Shown here: positions 28,969-38,378 of the stretch, piece after piece | Position numbering within the stretch: position 1 is the stretch's first letter | Layout: every line of letters begins with the position of its first letter | DNA from: Nitrospirota bacterium | GTDB taxonomy: Bacteria > Nitrospirota > Thermodesulfovibrionia > Thermodesulfovibrionales > Dissulfurispiraceae | Reading direction: 5' to 3' | Assembly (NCBI GenBank): GCA_040758355.1 | Contig: JBFLWF010000001.1 | Coordinates: forward strand, 32,001 to 96,000 | DNA length: 64,000 nucleotides | The notes under the pieces: generated by a model | Told to the model about the DNA's origin: nothing | Seen by the model: only the letters and a program-made list of their open reading frames with translations | The model's database searches: none | Translations under genes and position numbers: made by a program

Positions 28969-30702
28969 CTATCCCTCTGCCAGGGTGGTTGATACGACTT
29001 CTTCGATGGTGCTGACGCCTGTCAAAGCCTTTTCTATTGCGTCCTGCCTCAGCGTCCTCATGCCTGTCTCTATGGCTGTTTTTCTCAATTCTTCTGTTGA
29101 GGCGCCTTTTATCAAAAGGCTCCGTAAGCTTTTGTTCATTGCGAGCACCTCATAAACTCCTGAACGGCCTTTATATCCTGTCCCTTCGCAGGCCTCGCAA
29201 CCCTTGCCCTTGTAAAGGGTCGTTCCTGGTTTTATGTCGCCCTTTGACATCTCCACCTCTTCATCGGTGACAATATAAGACTCCTTGCACTTTTTGCATA
29301 TCCTCCTCATAAGCCTCTGAGCGCATACAAGAAGCAAAGAGTCTGCAACAAGGTATGACTCTATGCCCATCTCTGTAAGTCTTGTAACGGTGCCTATGGC
29401 ATCATTTGTGTGAAGGGTCGAAAAAACGAGATGTCCTGTAAGGGATGCCTCCACTGCAGTCTTTGCTGTTTCAAGGTCTCTGATTTCTCCTATCAGGATA
29501 ATATCGGGGTCGTGCCTCATAAATGCCCTTATCGCCTTTGCAAATGTGTAGCCTGCAGGGGGGTTTATATTGCTCTGTATAATCTGCCCTCCGAGTGTAT
29601 ATTCCACAGGGTCTTCCGCAGTGACTATCTTTACATCCGGTGTATCCATGGATTTCAGGGCAGCATAGAGGGCTGTTGTCTTTCCGCTTCCTGTAGGACC
29701 CACATGGAGGATAATGCCGTATGGAGAAGCTATTGCCTCTTTATACAATTTCATATTGTGTTCGTTGAATCCGAGCATTTCGAGGGAGAGGATGGAACTC
29801 TTCTTGTCCAATATCCTCATTACTATGTCCTCTCCGTGGGGTGTCGGGACCGTTGAAACACGGAGGTCTATCTCCACAGCGGGGTTATACTTGGTAAAAT
29901 CTATCCTGCCGTCCTGAGGCTGCCGCCTCTCGTCTATCCTCATGTCGGACATTATCTTAAATCTCGTAATCAGGGCGTCCTGCGCATATCTCGGCACGCG
30001 CATTACTTCTGCCAGTTCTCCGTCTATCCGGTATCTGATTCGCAGATGGTCTATTGCAGGCTCAAGATGTATGTCGCTCGTCCTTTTTTGGAATGCCTCC
30101 TCCACTATCTTATTTGCAAGCATTACAATGGGCGCGCTGTTTTCCGTGGCATCCTCCCGTGCAACTTCCGCTACCTCTATCTCGGGCCTGTAAGTCTCTG
30201 CCAACTGGGATAGTATGTTTCCCATTCCGACTTCATCCTTTGGTATTGCATAGAATTTCTCTATGGCTGAGAAGAGTTGTTTTGATGTGGTCATGACGAC
30301 CTTGGAGTCTTTTATCCTGAACTTTGAATCCCTGTAAAGACGAATAACTTCGTCCAGTGCCATGAAATCCCTGGGCTCAACCATGGCAATGGTCAGAACT
30401 TCGTCTTCGTATTTTACAGGAACTACTTTATAATTTTTTGCATAGGCAGGCTTTATATGTTTTAATAAATCAAGGGGCGGCTGTGGATAGGATGACAGGT
30501 CAACGAATTCATAGCCGAGATATTCTGCCTTAATGGCAGCTATCTTTTCCTCGGAAAACCCCGACTCCAGCAGGAGTTGTTCGAGGCTCTTCTTCTCCCT
30601 TGTTATTTTCGTAAGAAGCTCCTGCAGCTTCTCCTTTGTCAGGAGACCTCTTTCTATGAGCAGTTCTTCAAAGCTTTTTCCTGTCGGTCTTTTAAACGCC
30701 AC
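28969..30702 (-). CDS. GspE/PilB family secretion ATPase
   Basis: SDIHLEP, GPTGSGKTT, TAEDPVE, DPDIILIGEIRD, GHLVFSTLHTND, two CxxC. Confidence 0.9.
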   Translation of the reverse strand: MAFKRPTGKSFEELLIERGLLTKEKLQELLTKITREKKSLEQLLLESGFSEEKIAAIKAEYLGYEFVDLSSYPQPPLDLLKHIKPAYAKNYKVVPVKYEDEVLTIAMVEPRDFMALDEVIRLYRDSKFRIKDSKVVMTTSKQLFSAIEKFYAIPKDEVGMGNILSQLAETYRPEIEVAEVAREDATENSAPIVMLANKIVEEAFQKRTSDIHLEPAIDHLRIRYRIDGELAEVMRVPRYAQDALITRFKIMSDMRIDERRQPQDGRIDFTKYNPAVEIDLRVSTVPTPHGEDIVMRILDKKSSILSLEMLGFNEHNMKLYKEAIASPYGIILHVGPTGSGKTTALYAALKSMDTPDVKIVTAEDPVEYTLGGQIIQSNINPPAGYTFAKAIRAFMRHDPDIILIGEIRDLETAKTAVEASLTGHLVFSTLHTNDAIGTVTRLTEMGIESYLVADSLLLVCAQRLMRRICKKCKESYIVTDEEVEMSKGDIKPGTTLYKGKGCEACEGTGYKGRSGVYEVLAMNKSLRSLLIKGASTEELRKTAIETGMRTLRQDAIEKALTGVSTIEEVVSTTLAEG

Positions 30703-31559
30703 TATACCCTCGTAAAGATGAGTATCAATTTTTTTACCTTTCCTTTTTCATCGAGGTATGGAATAATCTTTACCTCAAGCACTTCAAGCAATGCTGCCAT
30801 TTTAAATCCATAGGAAATGGACTCATTCACCTTTTCCTCAAGCTGTGTGTTGGCAAAGTTTGGGAAAAGCTCGAAGAAATACTCTCCCACCATGGCATCG
30901 GTGGAGTATCGCATGCCGCTCATTACTTCTAAGAACTTGTTTGCGGAAATGATCCGCTTCTTTGTATCGAGGATGCAGATTCCTTCTTCTATATCATCGA
31001 TAATGTACTCCCTGAGTTTTTTCTCTTCCTCAATGGTCTGGTATGAAAGGGCATTATTTACCGCGATACCCAGAAGAAATGCGAGCTGTTCCATCATGCT
31101 GACATCCTGGTCAGAGAAGCCGTCTGGTTTATTAAGCGCCTGAAACACCCCTACAACTTCGCCCTTTGCCTTTACAGGGATTGCCAGCACACTCCTTGTC
31201 CTATATCCGCTTTTTTCATCCCATCTCCTGTCAAAGCACAATCCGCTGTCTACGGACTTTAATTCTCCCTCGTCATAGGCGTCTTTTATATTCAAGACCT
31301 TTCCTGTCGTGGATGAATAGCCTGCAAGGCTGCTCCGGGTGATTGGAACCCTTATTTCTACGAGGTTGTCTGCCTGGAGGACTTTTGAATACAATTCGTT
31401 GTTGTCCTTATCGACTAAAAAAAGGGTGCATCTGTCAGCGCCGAGGAGGATCTTTATCTCTTTGACAACGGTTGTGAGCACTTCATCGATATTGAGGGTA
31501 GAAAGAACGGTATTCAAGATGTCAAAAAACTTTTCTGTCTTTAATGAAAGTTGCTCCAT
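30702..31559 (-). CDS. GAF + PAS-like sensor protein with no output domain
   Basis: ADRCTLFL, SLAGY, NIKDAY, SGYRTRSVL, FQALNK; IEEGICILD...SAN. Confidence 0.8.
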   Translation of the reverse strand: MEQLSLKTEKFFDILNTVLSTLNIDEVLTTVVKEIKILLGADRCTLFLVDKDNNELYSKVLQADNLVEIRVPITRSSLAGYSSTTGKVLNIKDAYDEGELKSVDSGLCFDRRWDEKSGYRTRSVLAIPVKAKGEVVGVFQALNKPDGFSDQDVSMMEQLAFLLGIAVNNALSYQTIEEEKKLREYIIDDIEEGICILDTKKRIISANKFLEVMSGMRYSTDAMVGEYFFELFPNFANTQLEEKVNESISYGFKMAALLEVLEVKIIPYLDEKGKVKKLILIFTRV

Positions 31560-31626
31560 TACAACTCCTTTTCAATATTGACTAATTATACCAGAACTTT
31601 CAGATATTTCCACTTATCTCCTACCA

Positions 31627-31848
31627 ATCCAGCGATAAGGATGGGTCTCTGAAGTGAATAGCGATGTTTTGGCAACAGTTCTTTGCGACTGGAGCGTCAG
31701 GCAATGGCATAATCTTGGAGCGACCATACCATTGCCTGACAGACGCAAGTGTCTGAGCGAAGCGAGTTTTGCGGCTGTAGCGTAAGGAGCATTATAACTG
31801 TCAAAACATAGCTCCTGAACGAAAGAGACTTATTCTTTATCGCTGGAT
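31627..31848. repeat. 222-bp long-palindrome element (MITE-like or structured RNA)
   Basis: Terminal ATCCAGCGATAA / TTATCGCTGGAT; nested gtctct/agagac and atgttttggca/tgtcaaaacat; internal gtcaggcaatgg/ccattgcctgac hairpin; gagcgaagcgag motif. Confidence 0.7.
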
Positions 31849-31902
31849 CACGGTTCTAAATGGAAAGATATTGGACGATTTTGCTATACTCAAAAATATC
31901 AA

Positions 31903-31984
31903 GTTATTGAGCAATTAAGTTATTGAGTAATTGAATAGAATTCTTTTATCTTTAATTGCTTAATTACTAATTACCTAATTACTA
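31903..31984. repeat. Inverted pair of 8-nt period arrays upstream of ribBA
   Basis: gttattga gcaattaa gttattga gtaattga ... ttaattgc ttaattac taattacc taattact. Confidence 0.8.
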
Positions 31985-31999
31985 ATGAATGGAGGTTTT

Positions 32000-33214
32000 A
32001 TGGAAAAATATAAGTTCAATACTATAGAAGAGGCCCTCGAAGACATAGCAAAGGGCATGATGGTCATCCTCGTTGATGACGAAGACAGGGAAAACGAGGG
32101 CGACCTCTGCATGGCTGCTGAAAAGATTACGCCGGAAGCCATAAACTTCATGGCAAAGCATGGCAGGGGGCTTATATGTCTTTCTTTAACGCCTCAGAGG
32201 GTTGAAGATCTAAAGCTGCCGATGATGACCGATGCCAACACATCGTCATTCGGCACTGCATTTACAGTATCCATCGAGGCTAAAAAGGGCGTTACAACAG
32301 GAATATCCGCCCATGACAGGGCAGTTACCATCCTCACAGCCATAAACCCCCAGACAAAGTCTGAAGACATCGCAAGGCCAGGACATGTATTTCCACTCAG
32401 GGCAAAGCCCGGAGGAGTTCTGCAGCGGGCAGGGCAGACCGAGGGCTCTGTTGATCTTGCCAGGCTTGCAGGACTATATCCCGCTGGGGTTATATGCGAG
32501 ATAATGAATGATGACGGGACAATGGCACGGGTTCCGCAACTGATGGAGTTTGCAGAAAGACATCGCATGAAAATCATAACAGTAAAAGACCTCATTCAGT
32601 ACAGGATGAGGACAGAGAGGTTTGTAAGGAGGGTTGCTACTGTCCAGATGCCCACGGAATACGGAGGTGACTTTACAGCCATAGCATACGCCAATGATGT
32701 TGATCCCAATGTTCATATAGCCCTTGTAAAGGGAGAAATCAAGCCCGAGGATAAGGTGCTTGTGAGGGTCCATTCCGAATGTCTTACAGGAGATGTATTT
32801 GGCTCAAAGAGGTGCGACTGCGGAGACCAGTTGCACAAGGCAATGGATATGATAAGGAAAGAAGGCAAGGGCGTCATACTTTATATGAGGCAGGAAGGGC
32901 GGGGCATAGGCCTTGCCAATAAACTGAAGGCTTACGAGCTTCAGGACAAAGGGCTCGATACCGTTGAGGCCAATATCAAACTCGGTTTTAAGCCTGACCT
33001 GCGGGACTATGGAATAGGCGCCCAGATACTTGTTGATCTCGGCGTTAGAAAGATGAAACTCATGACAAACAACCCCAAAAAGATAATAGGACTTGAAGGT
33101 TATGGGCTTAAGGTTGTTGAAAGGGTATCGGTAGAATCAAGTCCCCACGATAAAAACATCGTCTATCTGAAAACAAAGAAGAAGAAATTAGGGCATATGC
33201 TGGAGAATGTCTAA
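32000..33214 (+). CDS. ribBA: Bifunctional DHBP synthase / GTP cyclohydrolase II
   Basis: [49 protein letters not shown] before ATG 32000. Confidence 0.96.
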   Translation: MEKYKFNTIEEALEDIAKGMMVILVDDEDRENEGDLCMAAEKITPEAINFMAKHGRGLICLSLTPQRVEDLKLPMMTDANTSSFGTAFTVSIEAKKGVTTGISAHDRAVTILTAINPQTKSEDIARPGHVFPLRAKPGGVLQRAGQTEGSVDLARLAGLYPAGVICEIMNDDGTMARVPQLMEFAERHRMKIITVKDLIQYRMRTERFVRRVATVQMPTEYGGDFTAIAYANDVDPNVHIALVKGEIKPEDKVLVRVHSECLTGDVFGSKRCDCGDQLHKAMDMIRKEGKGVILYMRQEGRGIGLANKLKAYELQDKGLDTVEANIKLGFKPDLRDYGIGAQILVDLGVRKMKLMTNNPKKIIGLEGYGLKVVERVSVESSPHDKNIVYLKTKKKKLGHMLENV

Positions 33215-33224
33215 CAATAGTCGT

Positions 33225-33301
33225 TGGCGCGCCTGAGAGGATTCGAACCTCCGACCCTCGGCTCCGGAGGCCGATGCTCTAATCCACTGAGCTACAGGCG
33301 C
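33225..33301 (-). tRNA. tRNA-Arg(CCG)
   Basis: GCGCCTGTAGCTCAG...TCGGC-CTCCGGA-GCCGA...GGTTCGAATCC...CCA. Confidence 0.95.
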
Positions 33302-33306
33302 AAATT

Positions 33307-33390
33307 CGTTATCCGTAATGCGTTATCGGTAATGGGTAAAAGGCTTTTAACTATATAATGAAAACTCATTACGCTTTACTCATCACGATT
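33307..33390. repeat. Inverted pair of 7-nt period arrays in the tRNA-His / tRNA-Arg spacer
   Basis: cgttatc cgtaatg cgttatc ggtaatg ggtaaaa ... aactcat tacgctt tactcat cacgatt. Confidence 0.75.
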
Positions 33391-33392
33391 TT

Positions 33393-33468
33393 TGGGGTGG
33401 GCGACGGGGATTGAACCCGCAACCACTGGAGCCACAGTCCAGTGCTCTGCCATTGAGCTACGCCCACC
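33393..33468 (-). tRNA. tRNA-His(GTG)
   Basis: GGTGGGCGTAGCTCAA...CTGGA-CTGTGGC-TCCAG...CCA, with G-1. Confidence 0.95.
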
Positions 33469-33477
33469 GTTCGTATA

Positions 33478-33554
<77 letters not shown>

Positions 33555-33555
33555 A

Positions 33556-33633
<78 letters not shown>

Positions 33634-33754
33634 TAAACATTTAGAATACTAAAATGCCTTGATAAAAGTCAATTTTGAGCGCAACTACTATACCCGGATA
33701 GGTTTTTATAGCTGTTAAATGTTAAAATAAGCAAATAATTTTTGGAGGAATCAG

Positions 33755-34522
33755 ATGTTAAGCATGAAACATGTGGAGCCGGTGAGGCTTTCGCTGGATA
33801 CAAAATTCAAGTTCAGGTGCCATAAAGACATAGGCTGCTTTACAAAGTGCTGCAGCAATATCAATATAATGTTAACCCCATATGATATCGTGAGGCTAAA
33901 AAACAGACTGGGCATATCATCAGGCGAATTTTTGGCTAACCATACCTATGTAGAGATAGACGAGAAAACATCCCATCCCTTTGTATTTCTGAAAATGAGT
34001 GAAGATGCAGAAAGGAAGTGCCCCTTTGTAACGTCTGAGGGGTGCAACATATACACAGACAGACCTGCAAACTGCAGATACTATCCTGTTGGACAGGCTT
34101 CCTTGAAGAAGATGGATGATAAGATAAATGAACCAATCACCGAGGAGTTCTATTTCCTTATAAAGGAGCCCCACTGCCTCGGCTTCAACGAAGATTCGGA
34201 ATGGACGATAAAAAGCTGGAGGGACGATCAGGGAGTTGACGTCTATGACGATATGAACAGGGGATGGAAAGATATCCTGTTCAGGAGAAATCTCCCCGGC
34301 CATTCGTTGGATGAAAAGAAACAAAAGGCATTTTATATGGCCTGCTACGATGTCGACAGATTCAGGAGATTTGTGTTCGAGAGCAAGTTCCTTGAGATGT
34401 TTGATATAGATGAAAAGACCTTAGAAAGAATAAAAAATGACGAGACCGAATTGATGAAATTCGGGTTTGAATACACGAAGTATATACTGATGATGGAAGA
34501 GACGCTGAAAACAAAGAAGTAA
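33755..34522 (+). CDS. YkgJ family cysteine-cluster (putative Zn/Fe-S) protein
   Basis: CHKDIGCFTKCC, CPFV...GCNIYTDRPANCRYYP. Confidence 0.85.
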   Translation: MLSMKHVEPVRLSLDTKFKFRCHKDIGCFTKCCSNINIMLTPYDIVRLKNRLGISSGEFLANHTYVEIDEKTSHPFVFLKMSEDAERKCPFVTSEGCNIYTDRPANCRYYPVGQASLKKMDDKINEPITEEFYFLIKEPHCLGFNEDSEWTIKSWRDDQGVDVYDDMNRGWKDILFRRNLPGHSLDEKKQKAFYMACYDVDRFRRFVFESKFLEMFDIDEKTLERIKNDETELMKFGFEYTKYILMMEETLKTKK

Positions 34523-34529
34523 CACTCCA

Positions 34530-35558
34530 TTACTCCACTCTATACCGTGCTTTTAGCTGCCCGCAGGCAGCGAGGATATCCTGCCCCTTACTCTTTCTTA
34601 TTAAGGCAGTGATATGGCCTTTAAGGAGTATCTTCTGGAAGTTTAAAACCCGCGCATCCTCTGGCCTCTCAAACTCGGAGCCTTCATAGGGATTGAATGG
34701 TATAAGGTTTACCTTTGATGGTATCCCTTTCAAAAGATTTATGAGCCTTCTTGCATCTTCAGGCGTATCATTGATATTTTTCAGCATCACATATTCAAAG
34801 GTTATCCTTCTCCTCGGAGGCAGGGGAAATTTACGGCATGCAGTTAACAATTCTTTAAGTGGATAGGTCTTATTTATGGGCATAATATAATCCCTCACAT
34901 TATCTGTTGTCGCATTAAGTGATATTGCCAAATTTACCGCAGGTGCTTTTTTCGGAAGCTCAAGAATCTTTGGAACAATGCCGGATGTGGAAAGGGTTAT
35001 TCTCCTCGGAGATATTTTCATAAATTCTGTGATCCTCCATAAGGCATCTACAACATTATCAAAATTCGCCAGAGGCTCTCCCATGCCCATTAATACGATG
35101 TTTGTGATTTGTCTTGGTTTTATAGTTCTACTTACAGATATTATCTGATCGACAATTTCATGCGATTTGAGATTTCTCTTAAGCCCCAATTTGCCTGTAA
35201 GACAGAATCTGCAATCCATTGCACAGCCTACCTGCGATGAAATACAGAGGGTTAATCGGTCTTCATCAGGAATAAGAACACTCTCTATGGTCTCAGCGTC
35301 TTCAAGGCCAAAAAGGAATTTCTCTGTACCGTCCTCAGAAACCTGCCTGCCAAGCAGTTCAAGATTGCTTATGTATGCATTCTCCGAAAGTTTTTCTCTC
35401 AGGTCTTTTGATAGTTCCGTAATCTCATGGATCGAACCGGCATATTTTCCGTATATCCAGTGCAGGATCTGTTTTGCCCTGAATGCAGGCAGGCCTGATT
35501 TTTTAATGAATGATTCCAATTCCTGCTTTGATAATGACTTGAGGTTGATTTTTTTCAT
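34530..35558 (-). CDS. rlmN: 23S rRNA/tRNA m2A methyltransferase RlmN
   Basis: CISSQVGCAMDCRFC, MGMGEP, DILAACGQL. Confidence 0.95.
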   Translation of the reverse strand: MKKINLKSLSKQELESFIKKSGLPAFRAKQILHWIYGKYAGSIHEITELSKDLREKLSENAYISNLELLGRQVSEDGTEKFLFGLEDAETIESVLIPDEDRLTLCISSQVGCAMDCRFCLTGKLGLKRNLKSHEIVDQIISVSRTIKPRQITNIVLMGMGEPLANFDNVVDALWRITEFMKISPRRITLSTSGIVPKILELPKKAPAVNLAISLNATTDNVRDYIMPINKTYPLKELLTACRKFPLPPRRRITFEYVMLKNINDTPEDARRLINLLKGIPSKVNLIPFNPYEGSEFERPEDARVLNFQKILLKGHITALIRKSKGQDILAACGQLKARYRVE

Positions 35559-35655
35559 TACATATTATAACAGCTTTCTGTGGACAGAGAATTTGACAAG
35601 TCCGAAATCATCTGATATAGATTATTTATCTTCTTGATCTTGTGGGGGAGGCGGG

Positions 35656-36618
35656 ATGGACATAGAATTCCACTATTACATTACCTATATTATCGCTTTG
35701 AGGGCCGGATTCAGGCACGACGATGCCCATATCATAGCTTATTCCTCCCAGTATGTGGATGACAACAACACAATATATGAGATCTCTGACGACAACGGCA
35801 ACATATACCAGAACTACATAAGTCAGACAATGAATATCCTTAAGCCGAAGAAAGAGCTAATGCGCATATATCCGATCTTCCATTTTATGCCCGGAATTAC
35901 AGAGGACATTACCGGAGATTCATCCCGGCGCTGCGATGGCAAGCTTCACCTTTTAAATACAATACCCGACAACCAGAACGCCCAGAGACTTCTTCAGACA
36001 GCCTTTGATTCCAATGATCCATACCGCATAGGGATTGCGACCCATATGTATTCCGACACATTTGCGCACCAGAACTTTGTCGGCTATTATGATGCATTTA
36101 ATTCAATGGCAGGGCTTCTTGAGGCAGCCTCTCCAGATATAGGGCATGCGGATGCAAAACATAGCCCTGATTGGCCTGCCCTTAAATGGAAGGACGAGCG
36201 GCTTATTCCGAGCCATTCGGAGATTGACAACAAAAAACGCTTTATCGAGGCAGCAGGATTCCTGTTTGACAGGTATTGCTCATTTACAGGCTCAAAAGCT
36301 CAGGACAGAGGAAGCCTGATGGCTGAACTGGACAAGGCCATTGGAGAATATAACGAGATGAACGAGCAGAGAGATATTCGCATAGACCGTTATAAGACCA
36401 TTATCGGAGAAGGCTTTATCGATTATGACGCAGATGCATGGTTTAAGGAGGCTGTCAGCAAAAGGATAGGTTTTTTTAAGTGGAACTACAAATCAAAGGA
36501 GAATTTTCAGGAAAGCCGCTGGTTTAAGTTCCATGAGGCGGTTAAGGCCCATCAAAAAGAAGCAAAGGACGTGGTGCTCAAACCGGTCTTTGATAGTATG
36601 GAGCTTAAAAATTTATGA
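35656..36618 (+). CDS. Uncharacterised protein (DUF6765-like, possible Zn hydrolase)
   Basis: MDIEFHYY, SQYVDD, FHFMPG, GIATHMYSDTFAHQNF, GHADA. Confidence 0.6.
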   Translation: MDIEFHYYITYIIALRAGFRHDDAHIIAYSSQYVDDNNTIYEISDDNGNIYQNYISQTMNILKPKKELMRIYPIFHFMPGITEDITGDSSRRCDGKLHLLNTIPDNQNAQRLLQTAFDSNDPYRIGIATHMYSDTFAHQNFVGYYDAFNSMAGLLEAASPDIGHADAKHSPDWPALKWKDERLIPSHSEIDNKKRFIEAAGFLFDRYCSFTGSKAQDRGSLMAELDKAIGEYNEMNEQRDIRIDRYKTIIGEGFIDYDADAWFKEAVSKRIGFFKWNYKSKENFQESRWFKFHEAVKAHQKEAKDVVLKPVFDSMELKNL

Positions 36619-37700
36619 AGATAGACATGCACTTTCATTTTACGGGCAATGGCAAGGACATCGATAATATCGAAGATGATGTTTATTTCAATCCCGATGA
36701 TAACAACCTCTTTTTTACAAGGGTCCTATATAATCTGGTCGAGGAAGACCTGATAAGAATGGAGGCTGATTTAGACCGGGACGGGCAAATATCCACAAAA
36801 GAATATCTTGAATTGTGTTACAGGATTCTCGCCGCCTCAGAAGAGATCGAAGGCGTTGTCTTACTCGGGCTTGATGCAGTATATAATCCGAAATCAGGGG
36901 AGCTAGATGAAAAAAGAACAGATCTCTGGGTCTCGAATAAATTCCTGTCGAAAAAGACAAAGGAATTAAATAACCGCCTCGATAAAGAATCCGATCCAAA
37001 GAAGAGGGCAAAAAGATTTTTTTACGGGGCATCAGTAAGCCCTAATCGAAAGGACTGGGAGGAAGAGCTTGATCATGTCCTAAAAGACCCTGATGCAGTC
37101 CTTATCAAGCTTATTCCCTCAACGCAGCATATTACACTCATGGATATTAATCACACCCGGTTTTATGAGGCATTGGCAAAAAACAATATGCCTTTGCTTT
37201 GTCATGTCGGGCCTGAGTATTCCTTCCCTGAAGGCATCAGGGAGAACCGCAGGGATAACTTCAGATATCTTAGAAGGCCGCTTGAATGCGGAGTAATGGT
37301 AATAGCAGCCCACTGCGCTACGCCTGTATTCCCGATTATCGACAAAAACGAGATTAAAGAATTCCATGCATTAATGAAGGATGCAAACTCAGGAGGCAGA
37401 ATACAGCTTTTTGGAGACACCTCAGCCCTTTGTCTTTCAACGAGGATTCCTGTCATTCAGGAGATACTCGATACATTGCCGTCCCAATGGCTTGTTCACG
37501 GCTCTGATTTTCCTATCCCTATAGACGGATGGGCGCACCTTCCTTATGTAACGGCTGACGTGGATGTGGAGGAATATATCCGGATACAAAAAACAAAGAA
37601 TCCCCTCGACAAGGATGTGCGGATCAAGCGTGCCTGCGGTTTTCCGGACACAATAATCGAAGGCTCTGAGAAGGTGCTCAGGCTGCCTGAAAGATTGTAG
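36615..37700 (+). CDS. Amidohydrolase superfamily protein
   Basis: IDMHFH, KL.P, LCHVG.E, IAAH, GDTSA, HGSDFP; ATGA overlap with the upstream gene. Confidence 0.8.
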   Translation: MKIDMHFHFTGNGKDIDNIEDDVYFNPDDNNLFFTRVLYNLVEEDLIRMEADLDRDGQISTKEYLELCYRILAASEEIEGVVLLGLDAVYNPKSGELDEKRTDLWVSNKFLSKKTKELNNRLDKESDPKKRAKRFFYGASVSPNRKDWEEELDHVLKDPDAVLIKLIPSTQHITLMDINHTRFYEALAKNNMPLLCHVGPEYSFPEGIRENRRDNFRYLRRPLECGVMVIAAHCATPVFPIIDKNEIKEFHALMKDANSGGRIQLFGDTSALCLSTRIPVIQEILDTLPSQWLVHGSDFPIPIDGWAHLPYVTADVDVEEYIRIQKTKNPLDKDVRIKRACGFPDTIIEGSEKVLRLPERL

Positions 37701-37799
37701 AATGTATGCCCTTAATTTCTCTGTTATAATAAAAAAGTTAGATGGGAGGCTGCCCATGTTTTAACCTGCCCTGGTGCAAAAGAGCGAATATTTTTGATT

Positions 37800-38012
37800 T
37801 TAAGCAAAGATAAGTCTTTCACCTTTAGGCTCAGGTATGGGATCGCCAAACTCCTTAGCGGTATCAAGCCATAATTGAATTGCTTCTTTAGCATTTTTTA
37901 ATGCCTTTTCAGGAGTTTCTCCATGAGCCATACAGCCGGGGAGTTCAGGCACTTCCGCTATAAAAGCATTGTCTTCATTGCTCCAGTAAATAATAATCTC
38001 ATATTTATACAT
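37800..38012 (-). CDS. hicB: HicB family antitoxin (short form)
   Basis: FIAEVPELPGCMAHGETPEKAL...GDPIPEP. Confidence 0.9.
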   Translation of the reverse strand: MYKYEIIIYWSNEDNAFIAEVPELPGCMAHGETPEKALKNAKEAIQLWLDTAKEFGDPIPEPKGERLIFA

Positions 38013-38265
38013 CAATTGTCCCTCCGAGTTTATATTTTACTATAATATTCCTTACTTGTTTAACCTGATAAGCTTTTGCCATGTTGCCATCACGCTGAAG
38101 ATTAATTTTTTCTATAATCATTTCTTTTCTGAATATGTGATGGCTGCCTTTAACCCTCATATCGAAACCCAAATGTTTTAGCAGGCTGCATAAATCTTCA
38201 AATTGAATATTTGCATCTGAGGTACCGCTTAAAATTTTTAGTAAAAGCTTTTCATATTTACTCAT
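38005..38265 (-). CDS. hicA: HicA family mRNA interferase toxin
   Basis: LGF...KGSHHIF...AKAYQVKQV; overlaps hicB. Confidence 0.88.
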   Translation of the reverse strand: MSKYEKLLLKILSGTSDANIQFEDLCSLLKHLGFDMRVKGSHHIFRKEMIIEKINLQRDGNMAKAYQVKQVRNIIVKYKLGGTIDV

Positions 38266-38378
38266 TGATACATTTTACCAGAAATTAAGATTTTTCTTTT
38301 TCTATTGTCTACGCCTGAAATCGGTTTATAAAAACAGAAATGGGTCAAGAGGATCAGGTCTGCTACTTATTTTGATTA

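Noticed and set aside
31560..31999. FMN riboswitch upstream of ribBA
   Set aside because: The conserved RFN blocks (AGGGCAGGGTGAAATTCCC.ACCGGCGGT, GCCGACAG, GGATGGGAGA) are absent; the region is a long palindrome plus an 8-mer array.
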